Shown here piece by piece: positions 25,250 to 64,000 of a stretch of DNA of 64,000 nt. A model generated the notes under the pieces. The model had not been told where the DNA came from. It did no database searches and was given only the letters and a program-made list of their open reading frames with translations. This stretch comes from Podarcis filfolensis. Lineage: Eukaryota. A program made the translations under genes and the position numbers. The first letter of the stretch is position 1. Every line of letters starts with the position of its first letter. Location of the stretch: assembly GCA_964270895.1 (NCBI GenBank), contig OZ185439.1, one strand, 5' to 3'.

Positions 25250-25613
25250 AAGGTAAAGGTAAAGGTACCCCTGCCCGTACGGGCCAGTCGTGTCCGACTC
25301 TAGGGTTGTGCGCCCATCTCACTTAAGAGGCCGGGGGCCAGCGCTGTCCGCAGACACTTCCGGGTCACGTGGCCAGCGTGACGAAGCTGCTCTGGCGAGC
25401 CGGCACCAGCGCAGCACACGGAAACACCGTTTACCTTCCCGCTATAAAGCGGTATCTATTTATCTACTTGCACTTAGGGGTGCTGTCGAACTGCTAGGTG
25501 GGCAGGAGCTGGGACTGAAAGACGGGAGCTCACCCCGCCGCGGGGATTCGAACCGCCGACCATGCGATCGGCAAGCCCTAGGCGCTGAGGTTTTACCCAC
25601 AGCGCCACCCGGA
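25250..25613 (-). mobile_element. Sauria SINE (Squam1), young full-length copy
   Basis: On the minus strand it has a GGGTGGCGCTGTGGG head, a GGTTCGAATCC B-box and an (ACCTTT)n tail. The TSD agcaggaagg occurs at 25244-25253 and 25614-25623, and CpGs are intact. Confidence 0.9.
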
Positions 25614-27510
25614 AGCAGGAAGGAGAGTCGGCTAATTGCAGTCAAGTATACTGCATCCATACTGTATGCAGATCAGACCCCAGAGACATCTTCTTAAATT
25701 ATTGGGGCATTATTTGTTTATGATACATGTGGACTAGTAGCCACATTGGAACATGCATCAAAAAGCAATTTGACTTTCGCCCCATCATTTGTATTGCTCA
25801 TTTGGGGGAAGCTCCTCAACAGGACTGTTCAAAAACTAGACTGCTTTCTCTACAATTGTTCAAGACAGATGTTGACTACACCACACAATCTAGCAAACTC
25901 TGGATTTGTCTTCATGTCCCAAGCTCTTGAGCGGGGCTGGGGACAGTTTATTTCTGCAGTGTGATTTGTTGGCAAGCTGCCAACCCTTGATCTGTCTCCT
26001 CCTCTTAACTGCAGTCACTTCAGAAAGGCTTCCTCTTCTCCAGCCATAAAGTGACCAGCTTGCAGCATGAGACAGAGGTATGTCCCTCGTGTCTGGCAGG
26101 AAGTACATGAGTAGGAGAGGGATCGGGAGGATGCTGCAGGAAAGGTAGAGACAAGCTGTTTGTGTGTGTGGCTTTTCGTTGCAAATTCTAAGAACCTTTA
26201 AAATGGGGGGAGGGGGGCTGAAGTAGCAAAGGCTGGGAATTTGCACCTAAGTGATGCTTTGCACATTTAGAGATGGATAAAACAGTCTCTGCAGAAATTG
26301 CTTAGTAATTCTACTGACTGGACTGAAATACTCTGCACTGCAAGGTCAGGAGAAATCCTTGATGCATTTTAAACAGTCTGAGATCGCTTTGTGCAATGCA
26401 CACGGAACTGGATGCTAATGTGCATAGAGATATTAACTGTATGTGCATGCGTGGATGAGTTGATGCTTTGTATTTTCTTCTTTCAAGCTGTACCTCATTA
26501 GCTAATGTGTATTTATTCAGAAGTATGTGGATTTAATGTTTCTTACTCCTAAATAAGTGTGCATAGGATTGTAGTTTATGCCTATAGGAAAACCATGGCA
26601 ATGTGCTTACAGCGAGACCATTTATGAGACTATCCAGAGATAGAAAAATGTCTTTTTGATTTTTGGAGTTAGAATGACATTATTAGGAAGCTGCTGTGAC
26701 AGAAGTGCAATCAGTACTAGAGCACATGCTGATACTTTTTATTGGTCTCTCAGCTGATGTGAACTTCACTGGTTACACCATTCCCAATTATATGTCCACC
26801 TTCCCTTTGCTAGAAATATTTGAAGCATCATAAAAACCACCTGAGGTCATTAGTCTCTAGTGGCATAATACGTGTTGTTTCAGATGTTTCCTTAAGTGAA
26901 TTTAAAAGGGGGGGGGAGAGATAATTGAATTACTAATCTTAAGAAAACAGTATTGGAGCCAGGAAATGTAGATAACTCATATAAATGAAGAGACTTACCA
27001 TAGTTTGCCCATTTGTATCTTTTTGTCTAAAATTTCACAAATGTTTCCCAACAAAAGAGAGATCAGGGTGGTGTGTAGAGAGGCACTGCTGACAGTAGGC
27101 ATGCAGCACAATTCTAAGCATGTTGGAAGTCTCACTGAATTCAAATGGGCTTGCTGCCTTGAAAGTATGCTCAGAATTGCAGCCTTAATGCGAGAACAAC
27201 TGCTGTGCCTTTTCTTGTGGAAAGGACATTACATCTAGTAACAGATATAAGGAGTTGCCATTATTAAAGACTTCGGGTCTCCATGTCACCTTATACCACC
27301 TTGTGTACCAGTCACTCCTTAAACATTGGTACCTAAGATGCCTGGGTAGAAGACTAATAATATATCCAATAAAGGTGGGTTTCTCTGCTGCATAGCAGAA
27401 ATTTCTTTCAGTGCAGACAACAGCAGAAAACTGGATTGGATACTGGAAAGTATGTGAGAAAGAATTATTGACCAAACAGATTTTGCCATGATTCCCATAA
27501 AACGTTAGGA

Positions 27511-27650
27511 CAGACATGGGAAGCCTGTGTGGCCTTCCAGATGTTGTTGGACTCTAACTCTCATCCACTCCAGCCAACATAGCCAAAGGTCTGGGATGAT
27601 GGGAGCTATAGTCTAGCCACTGCTGGAGGGCCACAGATTCCCTACCCCTG
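27511..27650. mobile_element. Old hAT-type MITE
   Basis: Same ggactc-actc-catc core; degenerate 8-bp TSD cgttagga/tgttaggc. Confidence 0.55.
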
Positions 27651-28308
27651 TGTTAGGCTGTCAACTTTTCTCTTTTCTTGCAAGGAATCCTATTCAGAAT
27701 AAGGGAATTTCCCTTTAAAAAAGGGGAAAGTTGACATCTATGGTTAGGGCATTATGATGTAGTGGAAGATGCAGAAAGTATCAAGATTATTCTATATTTT
27801 ACTCTTACATTTGTCTTGTCTACAAATAAGTAGCATCAGTCAGGGGGATCTTGTCTAACTAGAAATAATCACCTGATTGACCATGGTGAGAACAGGATGC
27901 TAGACTAGATGGGCCTTTGGCCTGGTCCAGCAAGGCTCTTTTTGTGTTTTTAAGACTTTCCCCTGCTGTTGCTCAATTAACAGGACAACATTTATCCCTG
28001 TAGCTCAGTGCTTTTTCAGAATGTTAGTACTTAAAATATATTTGTGTACCTTGAATACTAGTCATAACCTCAGTGTTGTGGTACTATCTGAACATAGGGA
28101 ATCTAGCAAATTCACCATAATACTTAAATTGAAATATGAGAAAATGATGGAAGTGCTTCAGTCAGCAGATCCATTTTGGTGTTTCTAAAATGCAGGTAGT
28201 GCACTCCTGTTGAATTCCACTATCTCTGAGGTGATGGTTTTGAAGGATCCTTTTCCAATTGTGTTTGAAGTCTGAACAGCATCAGTGAGTGACCTGAGAA
28301 ATATAGCC

Positions 28309-59693
<31,385 letters not shown>

Positions 59694-60529
59694 GGACACA
59701 GGACCATCACCCTTAGTCTTCCTCTCATTTCTCTCTCAGCTCTTTAAAAATGCAGCAAAACCTGACTGACATCTTTCCCTCTGGTGATTTTCTTTGTGCA
59801 TTTTCTTTTTCCTGTGTGCAGAATAACACTTTAGCTGACCCTCACAAAATGACTGTAGAAAGCAATGTAATCTTGGCCCTTGAATAACAGTATTTGCCCA
59901 TAGAAGGAAAAGGGGCAGAGCATTCTTTTGTTGTTCTTCCTGGAGCAGGGCTGCTGGGGCACTGGATTTCCTTTTCAGCTGTTCCATTGGCTAACAATGT
60001 ATCTTGCAACCGATACAGATAATCCTAGCGCTCAGGATGGCATTCTAAATCTGCAAAGTAGGCAGTGCAGTGGGGCCTGATTCTGGTTAGGATCACTGGT
60101 TAGGTAATGGAAAGAGGCCGGCTGCACTGCCTTCAAGATGCATGTCCTCTCATCAATGCTGCCTTTGGAAAAAGTAGTCCTGTGTCCAGCATACAAGCCA
60201 TTTCCCAAAGACTCTGGAGCTAGGAATTTGTCACAAGCAGAAGACCATCAGCTTTCAGTAGATCAATTCACAAGTCTGATGTTGTTCCGTGATAAGTCTT
60301 TGGCATACTGAGCTGAAGAAGCATCTCTGAACCAGGCATTAGTGGTTGCCAAGGTTAAGAGAAGGCGGCTCTTCCACTGCTACCTATTGCTTTGCTTTCA
60401 TCAATGCAGTTCTGGCCAAGTTGAGGCTGGAAATTCATTCTGACACTGGGTTTTTTTTAAAAGTATAACCAAATCCGTTCTTTGCTGTGGAGATATGTCA
60501 AGGCAGAAGGAACCTCTGCACAAGGCTTC

Positions 60530-60842
60530 TTACTGTTTTACATTTATATACTACCTTTTCCTTCAAGGAGCTTAAGTTGGTGCAAATGGCTCTTCCCTCT
60601 CCTTTTCTGTGAGGTAGGTTATGTGAGGGGAAGCCCAGCCAGATGGGCGGGGTATAAATAATAAATTATTATTATTAGTGGAGAGACAGTGACTGGTCCA
60701 AGGTCACTTTTCTGTGAAGTAGGTTATGTGGAGAGACAGTGACTGGTCCAAGGTCACCCGGTAAGCTTCATGGCTGTGTGGGGATTTGAACCTTGGTCTC
60801 CCAGGTCCTAGTCCAACACACTAACCATGACATCACATGGGC
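60530..60842 (-). mobile_element. MIR/Ther1-like SINE with nested LINE tail
   Basis: gactggtccaaggtcacc...gggatttgaacc...ctaacc is a reverse MIR-like core and head; another copy lies at about 45480-45595. Confidence 0.55.
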
Positions 60843-63800
60843 TTTCTACACTGTTGATCCTAGGCCCTGCAGGGTAAAGTTTTATAAAGTCTCCAGGCTC
60901 TTTTCAACTGAAATTACAGGAGCTTTCACTCCAGTAATGGGAAATCTCTGAACCTTGGGGCAAATATAGCCCACCATATCCCACAATCCAGCCCACCAAG
61001 CCTGTCCCAGTGAGCCCTGCCCACCTGCCAATCACCCCATGTCATTTTATGGAGATAAGAGATCCCTCTGCCTGCTCCTTAAGGGCTTATCTCCAATTTT
61101 AGTGCTAAGTTCCACAGTGCACAGAGATAAATTGTGTGCTTAAAAGTAAAAGGCAGCATTTCCACCCACCGCAGCAATAGAGTGAGGGTGGATAAGAGAG
61201 TGTTGAGGGAAGTGAGTGAGAACCGTATGCCTTCATGTCTGATACATGTATATTTCTGACAATGGTAGGGAATGGAGATACTGTACATGTGTTTCCTTTT
61301 TGGTAGCTTTTATTTTGCCCCACCCACCACAGGAATGTGGCCCCTAAAAGGCTGGCCAAATTCAGATCTGCCTCTTGGGCTGAAATAAGTTTCCTCACCC
61401 CTGTTCTACTGCAACATAAAACTAATTGTCTTCTCAATTTTCAAGTAGGCTGATAGCTAAATTGCATCAGATGTTGACATAATTAAAACTTAGTTTGTTC
61501 ATTCAAGGCACCCACATCATTTGAATTTTCTTAACTGTTTTCCCATTTTCTGATTCTGTGTTCACCGTTTTGCCATCTAGCTGATAGTGTGTTGATTCTT
61601 GTGCTGAATCTGAGTGCAGTCTTTGAATCAAATTACTTTTCTCCATGCTCTCTTGGGTCATGTCACAGTCATCCATAAGAATCTAAAATGCCCTACCTGG
61701 ATCAAACCAAGGTCCAAATAATCCAACAGTTGATTTCCAATAAAAAGTGCAAGATGAAGATAGTTTCCCAGATATTTGGTTCCAGCATCTGGCAATCAGA
61801 TGCATCATCTCTGAACATAACTGTTTCTGTTTTAGTTAATAGCCACTATAATAAAACTTACCTCTAAGTATAGGCCTTTAGCCAGGGTGCTAAAAAGGCA
61901 CAAAGCTCCATGTTTTCTTTGATGGATCCTGTACTGCCATTTGGATGCACACAGCTTTGTCTGCATTGCTTACAGTTCTCTTGCATTTAATACACTCCTC
62001 TTTTTAGTGCTCCATATTTTCAGGAATATATTCAGTCTTATTCTGCCTTATTTATGGGGCAAATTGACTGTGCTTCGAGAGGCCCAGGCTCTCAGCTTTA
62101 AAAACAATAACGTACAAAACTGCAGCAACTTACCATTTCTATGTTTTCATGCTAGAAGCTGTTGGGCCTTACCTAGTAAGGATTAGTGAATGTGGTGCCC
62201 TCTAGAAGTTGCCAGACTCCAGGTCCCACCAGCCTTAGCCAGTATGGCCAGTAGTCAGGAACAATGAGAACTGTAGTCCAACAAGATGGCACCATGATGC
62301 CCCAGATCTAAAAGACTGGTGCAAGTGAAGTCAATGTGAGTTCAACGTAAAGTCAATTTATTTGAGTTCAAAGCCTAAATTAAATAGTTTGCTTGAAGTA
62401 GGGTTGCCATGTGTCTGGAATTCTGGAATATGGTAGTTGGAAACTGGGCAGAAAGCACTGAAATGTCTGGGACAACCTGGACATATGGCAACCCATGTCG
62501 GAACTTTTGTGTTTGGATTTTCACATTTTGAAATATGGCAACCTTAGCTTGAAGAGTTACTGAAAGAATGTGACCACAATCTATGCCACAGCATGGTAAT
62601 TAATATTAGTAACAATTTCTTGCTGTAATAGTAAACTCTGGATTTAGCCTCAGGTAAAAAAAGGAAAATGTTCCCCAAATATCATAAGCTTAGCTTGTGT
62701 TACGCATTCAATAAATTTCCATTTGTGTAATTTAAATCATGTAAAAGTTACTTGAAACATTACTACACAGTGAACTATGGCCAGAGATACTAATTCCCAG
62801 TAATCTGTTCTATTAGTGTTCTGATACACTCTGAATTCTTTTTCAACAACACTACAAACCTCATTTGTTTCAATGGAGGTAATTTGCACAGACAAATCCT
62901 TTTTGTTTGCCCTCTCTTTTGGCAATGCATAAGTGACTAGATGGTCCCTGCTCACAAGTACTCATTACACAGAAACAACATTTTACAAAGAGTATTCCCA
63001 TGAGCATTTTCACAATTCCAAATGGTGCTGGTCTAATCCTTCTTTGTAAGATACCACTAATCCATTATGTGTAAAATTAATTAGAAGAAACTGCTTCAAA
63101 TGCCATTACTGAAATGTTTTTGCTTCTGAATTTTCTTTGGACTGTAGTGCTCCTACTTCACATTCTTCCTCATACTCACCTTAATATTGGGGCATCTTGA
63201 TATTTCATGTTAGTCCAATGGTGCTAATGTTAATGGATTCTATGCTTATGCCTCACATTGGTCTGCTGCTGCTTAATAAAAAGCTGTGCTTTCGCCAAGT
63301 GTTGATATATCCATGCCAGAGATTCCATTAATGCTGCTGCTTTTTATTTATAGGTGGGAAGATTGTATAATACACTGTCAGCTAGTTTTTCCTCAATAGC
63401 TTTACTCTCTCTGTTAATCTGTTGCAAAGTAGTTTGATCTCCCATTCATTTGGAGATTTCTTGTTTTATGTAGAAATATTCTAAAAGCCTGAGACAAATC
63501 TGGGAAGGTTCATGAAAGAGACAGAACTTGAAGACATGTTTTTAATAGAATTGTATTGATGGGCTGGTCCCAGAGAATATGAAACGTGAATATGTTGTGA
63601 CCAAATGATATAATTTTAGCAGTGAGATCACTATGGACACACATCTGGAGGATTCAGATAACCTACTGTGCATGTCCCCCTCCATAGTATACCCCACATC
63701 AAGCTCAGAGTAATCCTGTTTTGGTTTTCAATAAAAGCCTTATTTGCACATGCTGATTTATTACTACTGACCGACCTCATGCAAATAACAAAGCCATTCC

Positions 63801-64000
63801 TCCCATCTTAAAGTGCTTTTTTAATAGTAAAGTGCTTACCAACTTTAAAGTTTTAAACAAATTTGAAATAAACCAAGTGGTTGAAAACTACAAGACAAAC
63901 AGGTGCGTGAAAAACCGCCAGCTTTCAGTTTGGAGCTATGTATGCATGTCCTTTAAGGTGGCAGTTGGGAGAAGAGGTCACTCTACAGCAGAAACACTTG

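Noticed and set aside
25290-25697. 135-aa plus ORF
   Set aside because: It lies almost entirely within the GC-rich Sauria SINE.
59700-64000. Next syntenic gene (LRRC3) or another gene downstream of TRPM2
   Set aside because: I found no recognisable coding exon, only UTR or intergenic sequence with decayed repeats. Several AATAAA motifs are present but none can be assigned.

Overview
Eukaryotic genomic DNA from a squamate reptile, probably a lacertid lizard. The taxon is inferred from Sauria SINEs, Squam3/MIR-type SINEs and CR1/L1/Rex-Babar LINE fragments. The window holds the PFKL-CFAP410(C21orf2)-TRPM2 block that is also syntenic in human. It contains the last 8 coding exons of liver phosphofructokinase PFKL (+, 288-8063), the complete 7-exon CFAP410 (-, 20637-14395, 257 aa) with a CpG-island promoter, and the complete 32-exon TRPM2 channel (+, 28309-59693, 1507 aa). 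All exons were reconstructed by hand with consistent splice phases. Most ORFs in the supplied track are exon read-throughs or noise. I see no undescribed gene or multi-gene system. The best leads are smaller. SINEs with different tRNA heads (Asn and Lys) share one CR1 tail, and the partner CR1 is in the window. A young L1 insertion lies about 40 bp from a PFKL donor. A MITE in TRPM2 intron 2 carries an E-box/GATA minisatellite. PFKL has a GC-AG intron. A 30-bp intronic hairpin pairs fully on the sense strand. There are also lineage differences at TRPM2-S and CFAP410 disease positions. Human residue numbers and repeat family names are from memory and need verification.
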